Shown: positions 10,185-22,257, numbered from the stretch's first letter. The stretch: 64,000 nucleotides of DNA from an uncultured Hormoscilla sp. (GCA_963921275.4 OZ001293.3:5088001-5152000), one strand, 5' to 3'. Program-made: numbers and translations. Notes: generated from the letters alone by a model not told the origin.

Positions 10185-11269
10185 ATGGATCAGCCTATAA
10201 CCGACCTTGCCGAAGTCCTGAAGAACCAACCCCAACTGGATTTCCAGTTGCCATCGCCAGAAGATGAAGAGATTTCCGACCTGGAGTTTCAGCAGCAGTT
10301 GGAGTCCGCTTGGCAAGTGTGCGATCGCTTTGACTTGCAAACGGACATCTGGCGGGGGCGGATCCTGCGGACCATCCGGGACCGAGAGAAAAAAAGCGGC
10401 GAAGGACGGGGGAAAGGATTTCTCAACTGGCTCAAGCAGCGGGATATTACTAAAAGCCAAGCTTATGCCTTGATTCAATTGGCCAATAGTGCCGATACCC
10501 TCTTGAGTGAAGGAAATCTGGATCCAGAGGCCATCAACAACTTCAGCAAACGCGCTTTTGTCGAAACGGCCAAATCGGATCCGGAAGTGCAACAACTGGT
10601 CAGCGATGCCGCCCAAAGAGGCGATCGCATTACCCGCCGAGAGGTCCGGCAACTAGCTGACGAATGGACAGCCATGTCCTCAGACTTACTGCCCGCAGAA
10701 GTTAAAGAACAGGCAACTACCGGTTCATTGCCGACCCGTCACCTAGCACCCCTGGTCAAAGAATTAGAGAAACTGCCAGAGTCTCACTTGCATGCCATAA
10801 AATCAGAAGTGGCCGAGCATCCAGATGTAGATACTGTCAAGCAGATGACCTCAGAATCTCGCAACTTAGCCAAGTATCTCGACGCCGCTGCCCAAGTACA
10901 AGCATTAAATGATGGGCCCGTAGACATGGAAATGGCCTTAGAAGAAGCCCTGCGCCTGGGTTGTCTGAATACTGCTTCAGACCTGGTTAAGCAAGCCACC
11001 CAACTGGAGCAGACTATAGTCAAACTATACACCACCTGGAAACGTTTGGGAAATCTGGCTGATAGAATATATGTAGAGACAGGCGCTTCCACCCCCATCT
11101 GCGATCGCTCCTGGTCAGCTTGGGTATACTGACGGGAGAAGTGATGCAAGTACCCTTGTCCGATTTTTCCGGAACGGTAGGGGGCGATCGGTCCGCGGAC
11201 GGCCCGAAAAATCGCACCGTCCGCCTGCAAATCCTCTCCGATTTTTCCGGAACGGTGGACCGCCTGTAG
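10185..11269 (+). CDS. Conserved cyanobacterial hypothetical protein (frameshift in a C-run near 11094)
   Basis: 315-aa ORF; the alternative frame continues HLRSLLVSLGILTGEVMQVPL...VRLQILS...* to 11269. Confidence 0.65.
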
Positions 11270-11664
11270 GCGATCGGGGACTGGTGACCACTCACTCGTC
11301 GATGTCTCCTGGGTAGTGCGAGTACGATGTCCCCGGGGTAGTGTAGTTAGCGCCCCCCGGAGACATTGAGCGACCATGAGACATCGAAACAAAGAACAGA
11401 TGAGACTTATCTGGCCAACTGTAGTGATATCATACTCTAGTTGTGGGCAGGGCGGTTGTAATCGGAGTCAGGCGATCGGGTATCATATAAATAGAAAGGA
11501 TTTTCCGAACCGAGGATACCAATCCCATGGGGATAAGTTAAATTACAGTAAATCAATTAATCCCACTCAGGGGACCCTGTCTCGTGTCTCGTGGGATTAG
11601 CGCTCGCACGAAACACGGTTGACATAATATCGATGTTTATCATAATCCAGGAGAGATTATACCT

Positions 11665-12360
11665 ATGCAGCAGCTAGCAGTCAGCACGGAACTAGACTTC
11701 CAGAGCGAAATATACAAAGACGCCTACAGCCGGATCAACGCGATCGTGATCGAAGGGGAAGAGGAGGCGAAGGAAAATTACATCAACCTGGCTAAACTGC
11801 TGCCAGACTGCTCCGATGAGCTAAAGAAGCTCTCCAAGATGGAAGGTCGCCACAAGAAAGGTTTTACAGCCTGTGGCAATAATCTGGGAGTGACGCCAGA
11901 CATGGTATTCGCTAAAGAATATTTTAGCCAGTTGCACCAGAACTTCCAAGACGCCCTGGCAGCAGGGAACGTAGTAACCTGCCTTTTGATTCAAGCCCTG
12001 ATTATAGAATGCTTCGCGATCGCTGCCTACAATATCTACATCCCCGTGGCCGACCCCTTTGCTCGTAAAATCACAGAAGGCGTAGTCAAGGACGAGTATA
12101 CTCACCTTAACTTCGGGGAAGAATGGCTGAAAGCCCACTTTGCTGAAGCCAAAGCCGAACTGCAAGCAGCAAATCGCCAAAATCTTCCCCTGGTCTGGAA
12201 AATGCTAAACCAAGTCACAGAGGACGCCCGCAAGCTGGGAATGGAAAAAGAAGCCCTGATAGAGGACTTCATGATCGCTTACGGAGAAGCCTTGGCCAAT
12301 ATAGGGTTTAACACCGGTGAGATAATGCGGATGTCAGCCTACGGTTTGGCAGCAGCCTAG
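11665..12360 (+). CDS. ado: Aldehyde-deformylating oxygenase
   Basis: [20 protein letters not shown] and DEYTH di-iron motifs; adjacent to aar. Confidence 0.97.
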   Translation: MQQLAVSTELDFQSEIYKDAYSRINAIVIEGEEEAKENYINLAKLLPDCSDELKKLSKMEGRHKKGFTACGNNLGVTPDMVFAKEYFSQLHQNFQDALAAGNVVTCLLIQALIIECFAIAAYNIYIPVADPFARKITEGVVKDEYTHLNFGEEWLKAHFAEAKAELQAANRQNLPLVWKMLNQVTEDARKLGMEKEALIEDFMIAYGEALANIGFNTGEIMRMSAYGLAAA

Positions 12361-12485
12361 AAGCAGGGGAAAAAACAGCCGCACGGCTGCGCCACGCTGC
12401 GCGCTCGGCACAGGCCGAGCGGTGATAATGAAACAGATAGTTCGCGATCAACGCAATTACGCTTTAGAAAAGAAGCCAGCAATAC

Positions 12486-13514
12486 ATGTTTGGTCTTATC
12501 GGTCACCTTACAAGTTTGGAACATGCCCAAGAAGTCGCCAGAGACTTGGGCTACCCGGAATATGCCGACCAAGGGCTAGATTTCTGGTGCTCAGCACCGC
12601 CCCTTATAGTAGACAATATTAAAGTCACTAGCATCACGGGTCAAATCATCGAAGGTCGGTACGTGGAATCATGCTTTCTGCCAGAGATGCTAGCTTATCG
12701 CCGGATAAAGGCAGCAATGAGAAAAATCCTCAACGCGATGGCTCACACCCAAAAACAGGGCATCAAGATTACGGCTCTGGGGGGATTTTCCTCGATCGTA
12801 TTTGAAGAGTTTAACCTGCACAAGCACAGGCAAGTCCGGAATATACAGTTGGAGTTCGATCGCTTCACGACGGGAAACACCCACACGGCATACGTTATTT
12901 GCCGTCAGGTTGAACTGGCATCAGCCCAGCTAGGAAGAGAACTGTCTCAGGCAACGGTAGCGGTTTGTGGTGCCACTGGGGACATTGGTAGTGCAGTCTG
13001 TCGGTGGCTAAATACTAAGACAGATGTGGCTTCCTTACTGATGATTGCCCGCAACCAAGAACGACTGCAAGCTTTACAGTCAGACTTGGGACGAGGCAAA
13101 ATTATGGGATTAGAGGAGGCTCTACCCCAGGCTGATATTATAGTGTGGGTGGCCAGTATGCGCAAGGGCGTGGAAATTGACCCCAAGCAATTGAAGCAAC
13201 CATGCCTGCTGATAGATGGGGGCTATCCGAAAAACATGGGCAGGAAAATATCTCATCCAGGAGTACATGTGCTCAAGGGTGGCATAGTGGAGCATTCCTT
13301 GGATATAGATTGGAAGATTATGAATATCGTCAGGATGGCAGTGCCAGGACGTCAGCTGTTTGCCTGTTTTGCCGAGTCGATGCTGCTGGAGTTTGAGAAA
13401 TTGTACACCAACTTCTCTTGGGGACGCAATCAGATTACAGTAGAAAAGATGGAGCAGATTGGTAAGCTGTCAGTTAAGCATGGATTTAAACCGCTCCTAG
13501 TTGAGGAATGTTAG
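12486..13514 (+). CDS. aar: Acyl-ACP reductase
   Basis: [38 protein letters not shown]. Confidence 0.97.
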   Translation: MFGLIGHLTSLEHAQEVARDLGYPEYADQGLDFWCSAPPLIVDNIKVTSITGQIIEGRYVESCFLPEMLAYRRIKAAMRKILNAMAHTQKQGIKITALGGFSSIVFEEFNLHKHRQVRNIQLEFDRFTTGNTHTAYVICRQVELASAQLGRELSQATVAVCGATGDIGSAVCRWLNTKTDVASLLMIARNQERLQALQSDLGRGKIMGLEEALPQADIIVWVASMRKGVEIDPKQLKQPCLLIDGGYPKNMGRKISHPGVHVLKGGIVEHSLDIDWKIMNIVRMAVPGRQLFACFAESMLLEFEKLYTNFSWGRNQITVEKMEQIGKLSVKHGFKPLLVEEC

Positions 13515-13613
13515 AGTCAATTTGGGGCTGAAGTCGAATCGCCCTGTCGGGAGACATCGAGCGACCAGGAGATATCAAACCCGTCCTACGAATATATTAT
13601 CAAAATTGCTGAC

Positions 13614-14594
13614 GTGGCAAATACAGAGCGCAAACCGTTACTCCTAGATTTTGAAAAGCCCCTGGTGGAGTTGGAGGCCAGAATTGACCAAATTAGGTCT
13701 CTGGCAGAGGAAAATGATGTCGATGTCTCCGATCAAATCCGCCAGTTGGAAGCCAGGGCCGTGCAGCTACGCACGGAAATATTTAGCAGTCTGTCACCGG
13801 CTCAGCGGCTGCAATTGGCCCGTCATCCCCGCCGTCCGAGTACCCTGGATTATATTCAGGCAATCAGTGATGAATGGATAGAATTGCATGGCGATCGGGG
13901 GGGATATGACGATCGGGCCTTGGTGGGTGGGGTCGGGCGGATGAAGGGACGGCCAGTGGTGATGTTGGGTCATCAAAAAGGTCGGGATACCAAAGATAAT
14001 GTGGCCCGGAACTTTGGCATGGCCTCCCCAGGGGGATACCGGAAGGCCATGCGATTGATGGAACATGCAAACCGCTTTGGCATGCCGATTTTGACCTTTA
14101 TTGATACTCCTGGTGCCTGGGCGGGTGTACAGGCGGAAGAGTTGGGCCAGGGAGAGGCGATCGCCTATAATCTGCGAGAAATGTTCCGTCTGGAGGTGCC
14201 GATCGTATGTACGGTGATTGGTGAAGGTGGCTCCGGTGGTGCTTTGGGGATTGGCGTGGGCGATCGGCTATTGATGTTTGAACATGCGGTGTATACGGTG
14301 GCCAGCCCGGAAGCCTGTGCGGCCATCCTCTGGAAAGACGCTGCCAAATCTGGCCAAGCGGCGGAAGCCCTGAAAATCACCGCCAGAGATCTAAAACAGC
14401 TGGGTATCCTGGACCAAATCGTGGTAGAACCCCTAGGGGGCGCTCATTCAGACCCCTTGAAAGCCAGTGGGATTCTCAAACAGGCCATATGGGAAAATTT
14501 AGAGGAACTATCAGCTATGACTGGCGAAAAACGGCGATCGCAGCGCTATCAGAAGTTTCGCAGCATCGGTGTATTTCTGGAAGCATCTGCCTAG
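13614..14594 (+). CDS. accA: Acetyl-CoA carboxylase carboxyltransferase alpha
   Basis: [31 protein letters not shown]. Confidence 0.97.
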   Translation: MANTERKPLLLDFEKPLVELEARIDQIRSLAEENDVDVSDQIRQLEARAVQLRTEIFSSLSPAQRLQLARHPRRPSTLDYIQAISDEWIELHGDRGGYDDRALVGGVGRMKGRPVVMLGHQKGRDTKDNVARNFGMASPGGYRKAMRLMEHANRFGMPILTFIDTPGAWAGVQAEELGQGEAIAYNLREMFRLEVPIVCTVIGEGGSGGALGIGVGDRLLMFEHAVYTVASPEACAAILWKDAAKSGQAAEALKITARDLKQLGILDQIVVEPLGGAHSDPLKASGILKQAIWENLEELSAMTGEKRRSQRYQKFRSIGVFLEASA

Positions 14595-15060
14595 AGATCT
14601 AATTTCGTCGAGCGCGCCGATCGCTGCGCGAAAAATCGAAAAAGAATGGCAGGCGCCCCCAGCGTAGCGCCATCGGACGAGTGGTATATACTAAAATTAG
14701 TACACAATTGTTTACATTACTCTCATCTACAGCAGTTATTGGGCTGCTGGCTGTCGGAGTCTGTCGATGGCCTTGGCTGCTTGCTGGTATTAAGTTAGCA
14801 GAAGTGGCAGCTGTATGGGCAGACAAGATTGGGAGTAATTTTTATTATACCCCATATATCTAGCTAATGTCAAGCCCGGAGAGATATGAGCGATCGCCCT
14901 CTCTTTGCTGTCTTGTTTTTTATGGTCTAGTCGCTTTACGAACTTCCCGAATTGTAGAGCAGATAGCGCTGGTGCCCAATGAAAGGCGGCATGGGTGCTG
15001 TCGATAAGAGTGATTGGACAAGAATGCTGCGTAGATAATTGAGTTTTGAGTTTTGAGCTT

Positions 15061-15762
15061 ATGACTATAGCTTCCTTTAACGGTTCCCAACGCCCAGACA
15101 TGACTAACAATCAAGATGCCAAAAAAGTCCTGACTCGTCCCGATCGCAATACTTCAAATGGCTTGCAACCCAGGCAGCCCGATGAAGAAATCGACGACGA
15201 GCAGATGATGGCAGCAGTAAAGACAATGCTGCTGGGGGTAGGAGAAGACCCAAACCGGGAAGGATTGTTGAAAACGCCCAAACGGGTAGCAGAAGCAATG
15301 CGATTTCTGACCAATGGCTACAATCAGTCCCTGGAAGAAATCGTCAACGGAGCCATCTTTGATGAAGGTCACAACGAGATGGTGTTAGTGCGGGATGTCA
15401 ACTTGTTTAGTCTCTGCGAACACCATATGTTACCCTTCATGGGCAGAGCCCACGTCGCATACATTCCCACACAGAAAGTTGTAGGATTGAGTAAGCTAGC
15501 CCGCATTGTCGAAATGTATGCCCGACGCTTGCAAGTGCAAGAACGACTGACGCGGCAGATAGCAGAAGCAATTCAGACCATTTTAGAACCTCAAGGGGTT
15601 GCCGTAGTGGTAGAGGCTACCCATATGTGTATGGTAATGCGGGGAGTGCAGAAACCAGGTTCTTGGACTGTCACCAGTGCGATGTTAGGAGTGTTTCAAG
15701 AAGAGCAGAAAACCAAGGAAGAGTTCCTGAATTTGATTCGCCACCAACCAGCATTCTTTTAA
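15061..15762 (+). CDS. folE: GTP cyclohydrolase I
   Basis: [42 protein letters not shown]. Confidence 0.97.
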   Translation: MTIASFNGSQRPDMTNNQDAKKVLTRPDRNTSNGLQPRQPDEEIDDEQMMAAVKTMLLGVGEDPNREGLLKTPKRVAEAMRFLTNGYNQSLEEIVNGAIFDEGHNEMVLVRDVNLFSLCEHHMLPFMGRAHVAYIPTQKVVGLSKLARIVEMYARRLQVQERLTRQIAEAIQTILEPQGVAVVVEATHMCMVMRGVQKPGSWTVTSAMLGVFQEEQKTKEEFLNLIRHQPAFF

Positions 15763-16034
15763 GATCGAAATTATGCTTCCATTGAGTTTCCCTCGTTCCC
15801 TGGCCATTCTACGTGACGCACTTTCCTCTCGTTCCCAGGCAGAGCCTGGGAACGGGTTCTAGAGGCTCTGCCTCGAAGGACGTGGATGGTTTCTTAATTC
15901 AAGCGGATCAAGCTCCCCCATCGCCCCTTCCCTTAACTATACTACTTCTGTCGCGGATTGTGATAAGATAAACCTTGGCATGGTCTTGGTTTACGACCCA
16001 TTCTCAAGCAAATCATCATTCTCTATTCCTAGTT

Positions 16035-16262
16035 ATGGCTTTTTTGCGTCAAGTATTGGCCCCATTTTTAATCTTATTGGTTTTTTTGGTCGCACTGTTG
16101 GCTGTCAGCGCCCGCATCTTTTTACCTAATGATATGGCGGCACCAGCCCCGATATCCGAGGTTTCTCCTTCCCAAACTGATTCGCTGTCTCCTGGGAGCT
16201 ACAGATGCTGCGCGGGCGAGGACGTCCGCGCTACTACCCAGGAGACAGCGACCGTTAGTTAA
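16035..16262 (+). CDS. Small cyanobacterial membrane protein
   Basis: MAFLRQVLAPFLILLVFLVALLAVSARIFLPNDMAAPAP; its stop overlaps the next ATG. Confidence 0.6.
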   Translation: MAFLRQVLAPFLILLVFLVALLAVSARIFLPNDMAAPAPISEVSPSQTDSLSPGSYRCCAGEDVRATTQETATVS

Positions 16263-16759
16263 TGGCTACACAACAGTTGCTCATTCCAGGATATCAGTTG
16301 CGGGCTGGGTGGCAGCTTGAACAACCCCGCCTGGTTGAGTTCATGCTGCTGACTTACTCAGAACTGTTTCCAGGACGGGATTTTGCACATTTGGCCCGAT
16401 CGGTTGACCAGCATTTTTCCGAACAGACGCCTCTCTGGTGGGTGGAAGTGGCCGCTCAGCAGCAGTTTTCTGATTATTTGACACCTGTGCCTCAACCGGT
16501 GGGCTGCTTGTGGATGGGAAATGCTGTCGATCAGGTGAATGCTGCACGCCATGCTCATATCTTTTTGGTTTATGTGGTGCCAGAACATCGACGCCAGGGT
16601 ATTGGTTCGGCCCTGATGCGTTATGCTGAAGCTTGGGCGTCAGATAGGGGCGATCGGCAGTTGAGTTTGCAGGTCTTCTGTGTTAACCAACCCGCGATCG
16701 ACCTTTATCGCAAGTTGGGTTACCAAACTTTTTCCCATTGGATGGTTAAACCCCTCTAA
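16262..16759 (+). CDS. GNAT acetyltransferase
   Basis: VVPEHRRQGIGSALM and NQPAIDLYRKLGY motifs. Confidence 0.9.
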   Translation: MATQQLLIPGYQLRAGWQLEQPRLVEFMLLTYSELFPGRDFAHLARSVDQHFSEQTPLWWVEVAAQQQFSDYLTPVPQPVGCLWMGNAVDQVNAARHAHIFLVYVVPEHRRQGIGSALMRYAEAWASDRGDRQLSLQVFCVNQPAIDLYRKLGYQTFSHWMVKPL

Positions 16760-16887
16760 TAGCTCCCCCCTCCCCTTGATAACTACAGCATAAACCCTGT
16801 TTCTGGGTTCTACTTTATCGGTGCTCTCTGCTTTAAAATCAAGGCATTTGCATAAGATGAAATCGCCCGGTTTGTGGAGGATACTTT

Positions 16888-17862
16888 TCACAAATCTGGT
16901 AACTTCCTTACAGCAGCGTCTATTTTATCAGGTTCCGAACAGCATGCGATATTGAAATCGCGCAACCAACCTTCTTTGTCTGATAGCAAACCGACTCCGC
17001 GACCCATAGATATTGCCAACTTATCTGTTATCATAAACCGATCGTGCATAAATTCTTCGCCTTTCGTTTCATCCTTGACAATTAACTTAAATCGAGGGTA
17101 AAGATTTTGTAAATCTGCTTCCAACTGCTTTAGTTTTGTTTTTGCATCAGATAGTGCATCAGATAGTTTTGATGAATTTGGCGGCTTGAACCCACAGTAA
17201 ACTTCAAAAATACCTTGGCGTGAGTTAGTTGTCCTAAATACATTCAGTATATATTTTAGCATTGACTTATATTTTTTAGCATTCTTCTTCTGCAAAATAG
17301 ACCGTCCTACATAACGATCGTATATTTTGACGTGCTTTGCATACCTAAATATAGGGACAAGAATTTCCTACTCGAACTGCTTCTTTTCTGCTCCCTTAGG
17401 AAAAACGCGATCTGATTTTTCCATAACAGCGCAAAACTCATCCTCGATCGCGTACTCATCTGAATTTACGACTTTTACAGAAAAGACCCTCTGTGTCTTA
17501 GCACAAGAATAGCACTTCAGGCGAGCAAGTACGAACTCTGGTAAATGCTGCTTAGTGATGCGAATATATGACAAGCACTGTTGTTGGGGACAACTTGTCT
17601 TAATTGTATCATCTATGTCAAATTCAACAAAACGATTTTTCTTGTCTAATGTTGTCAAGATTGTTTGAATTGACTTCTTATACTTTGGCGGCCATTTCTT
17701 TACTATGGCTCGGATATGATTAAAGTGATCGCGATCTTCTATCAAAAACACGCCTTTTTTTTCTAGCTTACGGAATAATTCGATCGTCGAGTTGTAAAAA
17801 ATACCTGATTCATCAGGAGTTGCTGTTATAACAGATGGTAAGAGTACAGTCGGGACTAACAT
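16888..17862 (-). pseudogene. Hypothetical protein with C-terminal PLD-like (HDRF) motif, in-frame stop
   Basis: ORFs 17368..17940 and 16888..17295 share a frame, with TAG at 17368-17370. IYDRY and MHDRFMITD motifs. ATG 17862 abuts the ATPase stop. Confidence 0.6.
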
Positions 17863-17863
17863 A

Positions 17864-19545
17864 TCAGCCAAACATCTCGTTAAAGTCTTCTTCAAAAAAT
17901 CCATCCGGCCACTCATCGATAAAGTCGCCGTCTTCGTCAAGTCTCAATGACAAGCATTTGGAGCCTTCCGCCCCTCGATCTACATATATTACAGAGATAT
18001 CTTCCGGTTTTAGTTCTCCTTTTCTAATTAACTTCTGAAGCCTGAGCATGAGGTGTTCGCTGTGGGTTTCTATGATAAACTGATTATTGATAGGTGGCTT
18101 AATACATTCTGCCAGTAGGGAACCAGTTCCGCTTGCAAGCGGGGGTGGATGTGGATTTCTGGTTGCTCGAATAGCAGAGTTGTGTTGCGAGAGAGCATAC
18201 TCTGGACGATAATTGGCAAAACTTGACTGATGCCAAAACCGACATCTTGCAGGCTGACATTGACCCCTGTATACTCATCGACTAACTGCAAGGCAAAGAT
18301 ATCGCTGATTTCACTGGCTTCTGAGTTGGTGAATTTGGCCACCTTAAATTTGTATTTTAAGTCGAAGCGCCCGAGTTGATCGTTTACCCGCTGGAGGAGT
18401 TCGGGATTTTTGAACAAAATGTCTGGCACCATTTTTCCCGACTTGCCCACCTGTTTGCCTGTGTTACCGCTAAAAGTATAAATCCTTTCTGGGTACTCCC
18501 GCAAGGGTCCGATGTATGTCATTTCTTCAAAGATCGATCGGCATACCTCGCTAGCTAGTATAGTCAGATCGTAAATATTAGGGGGATTTTTGGGTTTGTA
18601 AACATTAGATAATTTCCATACTTCTTCTGAAGGCTTCGATTCTTCTAAATCCTGCTCATCTGCTCGGACGGGTAAAAATTCTCGGCAGTACAGATATGGA
18701 TCCGTACTTAACTGTAATAAGTCCTCCTTTGCCTTATCCCAACTATAATATTCAAAATGCTCCCACAATCTTATCAAGAATTCAATAGAAAACAATACTT
18801 TTTCTACCTCTTTTCTTTCAATCTCATCTGGATTAATTTCTACCAACTTATCTTTTAACTCTTTTTGACAATCGTATAGTTCTTCTGGCAATCTCTTTGT
18901 CCATTCTTTACGATCTTGTAATTTTAACTTGGTAAATATTCTCTTTACCTCTTCCTCTCTCCTCTTAAATATCACTTCTTTCACTTGTTCATACCATTTT
19001 AACCAAATGATATGTTCTTCATTAATTAGATATTTTTAAAAAGCTGTATTCTGAAAGCTATCACTCTCATATTGCCAGCTCTTTTTGTCTAAAAGTCTAT
19101 AGCATATCAATGAAGATGGATCGTCACCCATAAACAGCTCGATACTGGATAGCACTACCTTCGATGTCTTCTTATCATAGGCAAAAGTAACCTGCAATTC
19201 TAAAATTGGAGCCAACTCAAAATCTTTGGGAACGATCTTCCAAAAATCCTCTTGGAGTTCCGGTTCGTCCAGTTCCAGCTTTACCTTGAACGAGAAAGAC
19301 TGACTGACATCGTGCCGGCGGACGAATTCCCGATAACTGCCCAGGTTGACGAGATTGCCCTTGGGTAACAATACCGTATCGGGGTCTTCAGCTTCCTGGA
19401 GAGTCTGTTTGAGCAGCAGGAGTGATTGCAGCACCGAACTCTTGCCAGAAAAGTTGGGACCGTAGATCAGCGTGATGGGTCGAATCGGAAGTTTCTCCGG
19501 TCCGGCAAATGCTTTGAAATTGGTCAGTTGGTACTCTCGCAGCAA
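17864..19545 (-). pseudogene. AAA ATPase with DUF3696-type C-terminus, inactivated
   Basis: NFKAF, GPNFSGKS, YIGPLR, DVGFGISQVLP, EQPEIHIHP, ETHSEH, WPDGFF. In-frame TAA at 19036-19038 and a 1-nt deletion near 18123. AAGGAG precedes TTG 19545. Confidence 0.85.
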
Positions 19546-19602
19546 TATTCTACTCCTTTTCGCGGTTGCTTCATGAATTTTGGTAGGGTGGGCGGTCCCC
19601 AC

Positions 19603-19998
19603 CCTACATTCTACAATTCTATCACTCTCTGCCTGCCATCAACCCGGTTTTTTAGCTTTTTCGAGGATTGCCCGATCGCCCTGCACCGGTCAGCCACCAT
19701 TAAGTACATACATTCTACAATTATATCACTCCCTGCCTGCCATCTACCCTGTTTCTTAGCTTTTTCGAGGATTGCCCGATCGCCCTGCACCGGTCAGCCA
19801 CCATCAAGTACATACATTCTACAATTATATCACTCTCTGTCTGCCATCTACCCTGTTTCTTAGCTTTTTCGAGGATTGCCCGATCGCCCTGCACCGGTCA
19901 GCCACCATCAAGTACACACCCTACATTCTACAATTGGATCACTCCCTGTCTGCCATCAACCCTGTTTCTTAGCTTTTTCGAGGATTGCCCGATCGCCT
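19603..19998. repeat. Tandem array, about 3.7 x 104 nt
   Basis: CATTCTACAATT at 19607, 19711, 19815 and 19924; each unit has CCGATCGCC. Confidence 0.93.
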
Positions 19999-20315
19999 TC
20001 AGACCTGCCAACAGCCGACTTGTGTCCGAGAGTACCACTCTATCGCCCTACACGACTCTCGGACACGACTTCCCCAATGATTTTTCTTTTCCGACTTGGG
20101 TTGCGGGCGATGTTTTTGACAAAAGCCTCGGTACTTAGCAGCGCATTCATCCAAAGTTTTGCCCAAGGACAGAAAAGCCAGATGCCCTTGAATAATGCCA
20201 TCATCCCCCAACCTGTCATAGACGCCATAATTGCTGAAATCGTAAAAAAAACCGTACTGCATGCCAGAGCAAAAGGATTAGCATGGATGTAGCGAAGAGT
20301 ATTGAGGTCCCTCGT
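19999..20315 (-). pseudogene. IS200-like/REP-associated tyrosine transposase, C-terminal fragment
   Basis: LNTLRYIHANP followed after a frameshift by MQYGFFYDFSNYG. A GTAG-type REP hairpin lies nearby at 19583-19607. Confidence 0.65.
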
Positions 20316-20387
20316 AAAGTCAAAATTAGGAATGCTTTGCCCCTACAGAGGTTTTTATTGTCATTAGCTATTTTAACAGGCAGCTTG

Positions 20388-20550
20388 ATAATAAGCTATT
20401 GCAGGCTTACAATAAGCTATTGCAGGCGTACAACAAGCTATTGTTGACTTACAACAAAATATTGCAGGCGTACAACAAGCTATTGTTGACTTACAACAAA
20501 ATATTGCAGGCTTACAATAAGCTATTGTTGGCTTACAACAAGCTATTGTA
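20388..20550 (+). repeat. 21-nt tandem repeat (about 8 units), decayed heptad-coding
   Basis: TACAA(C/T)AAGCTATTG(CAGGC/TTGAC); reads LQQAIVD/LQQNIAG with TAA stops. Confidence 0.85.
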
Positions 20551-20648
20551 AACCTATTGGGTGTTACAATTTTCTGACGCTCGGCGCCAGCAGCACCTGG
20601 CGGAGCCTGGTAACGCGGGGGTTTGACGGCGGGCCGACAGCGAAGCTA

Positions 20649-21281
20649 TTAATTTTGCTGCACCATCCAGACTAAAAAGCCCAGAATTTGTTCTACGGGC
20701 GGTAATGAATAAACCGAGAGGTCGATGGTAGCAGTTTGACCTTCTAGTTTCAGGAATTGCCATTGAGTGCCATTGCTGACACTGCCGTATATTGTGGAAA
20801 TCTGTTGGTTATGTTCCTGGTTAAAGCGCTGTGCTGCTACCATTTCTGCTAGGCATTGCCCTAATCCTGTTTTCAGATCGGCTTGCTTTGCCTCTACAAT
20901 TATTACTACTGGGGCTTCGATCGCCAGCATTTCCGGCGATCGACTCAGCAGGAAATCGCAGCGTCCTTTTAATCCCAGACTTTCGTCTACCGTGAAATCT
21001 TCCCCTGAGAACAAACTTACTTGTCGATCGAGAACCCGTCTTACTTCAACTAAAACTGGAGTTACAATTAACTCCGATCGGGCTTTGTCACTACTTGATG
21101 CTACAGCAAGAGGAATAGTTTCTGCCAGGTATTCTCGCAGCACCGTAGAAGGTTCCACAGGAGGAACATCGAGTAAGAAGCAAACCCCGGCAACAGTCGA
21201 GAGGTGCAAAAACTCTTTGACCTCTCGAACTGTGAGGTATTCGCTATAGGATGTTGGTGCTTTACGGGTTAGGTTCGACAT
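20649..21281 (-). CDS. Restriction-endonuclease-like (PD-(D/E)xK) hypothetical protein
   Basis: GRCDFLLS...IVEAK...GLGQCLAEMVAAQRFN...YGSVSNGTQWQF. Confidence 0.7.
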   Translation of the reverse strand: MSNLTRKAPTSYSEYLTVREVKEFLHLSTVAGVCFLLDVPPVEPSTVLREYLAETIPLAVASSSDKARSELIVTPVLVEVRRVLDRQVSLFSGEDFTVDESLGLKGRCDFLLSRSPEMLAIEAPVVIIVEAKQADLKTGLGQCLAEMVAAQRFNQEHNQQISTIYGSVSNGTQWQFLKLEGQTATIDLSVYSLPPVEQILGFLVWMVQQN

Positions 21282-21305
21282 GGTTCTATTACCGCACTTA
21301 ACGCT

Positions 21306-21743
21306 TCACTCACCCCAAACCTGTACGAGAAAAGTCCTGTTTCGGGGACCGTCCAACTCAAAAAATAACACTGATTGCCAGGTGCCCAAAGCTAACTTAC
21401 TATCAATAATGGGAATCACTTCCGAAGTGCTTAACATCATTGCCATCAGGTGCGAATGGGCATTCATGGATTCGTCATCAGGAATATCTCGCAAATGCAG
21501 GTCGTTATGCAGATATTTTTCTGTATCTGGCGCTAATTTTAACAGATGCACTTTCACATCTTCTAGCAATCTTTCTTCATTTTCATTGATCGCCAAGGCA
21601 GTGGTTGTGTGTCGCGAAAACACAGTCACCTGACCGCTGTTGACGGCATTGCTGTCAATTACTTTCTGGATCTGAGGGGTAATGTTGTAGATGCAGATCC
21701 CCTTTTCTGTCTCTATGGAAATTATCTCATTGATCATCTTCAT
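21306..21743 (-). CDS. yjbQ: YjbQ/UPF0047 family protein
   Basis: HTTTALAINENE, NAHSHL, LGTWQSVLFFELDGPR. Confidence 0.9.
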   Translation of the reverse strand: MKMINEIISIETEKGICIYNITPQIQKVIDSNAVNSGQVTVFSRHTTTALAINENEERLLEDVKVHLLKLAPDTEKYLHNDLHLRDIPDDESMNAHSHLMAMMLSTSEVIPIIDSKLALGTWQSVLFFELDGPRNRTFLVQVWGE

Positions 21744-21767
21744 TTCTACTCCTCGCTTCCCCATACT

Positions 21768-22010
21768 TTATGTAGTATTTTCAATCATCCACTTGAGAAA
21801 GGCCATAATTTGCCCCACAGGCAACAGTGGATAATCTATCAGATCTATTGTCACAGTTTTGTCTTGCAATTGCAAGAAGCGCCAGGCCGTGCCATTACTC
21901 ACCGAACCGAAGATCCGAGACATTAACCGTTCATTCTGAAGATTAAACTGTTGAGCTGCTAGCATGGAAGCAATACATTGCCCTAAGCCAACGGTCAGAG
22001 TTGATTCCAA
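21768..22010 (-). pseudogene. C-terminal fragment paralogous to 20649..21281
   Basis: GLGQCIASMLAAQQFN...GSVSNGTAWRFL aligns by eye to the C-terminus of the 20649..21281 protein. Confidence 0.75.
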
Positions 22011-22257
22011 GTTTTCACCCCTGCTGCTGTCAGGATAGGGTCTTTTCGCTGCTGCATCTCTTCCTTCGTAAACCTGGGAACCACGGAATTTCCAGCCTCG
22101 ATCGTATTTGACAGTGCTGCTAGCAAATCATCTACAGTTAGATCGACTGTAAAGACAGGTTCAATGAGATAATATGGACCTCCTTCACTTTGTGAACGGG
22201 AATGTAAGTTTTACCTTTTCTGACAATGACGCAACTTCAATCATCTTTCATCTTGGA

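Noticed and set aside
15813..15876. CTCGTTCCCAGGCAGAGCCTGGGAACG hairpin and AGAAACC..GGTTTCT palindromes (1020, 3898, 23113) as novel ncRNAs
   Set aside because: They resemble common intergenic REP-like repeats of filamentous cyanobacteria, and there is no further support.
19426..20292. Plus-strand ORFs MPDRPAPVSHHQ...
   Set aside because: They are by-products of the 104-nt repeat, with no protein-like features.
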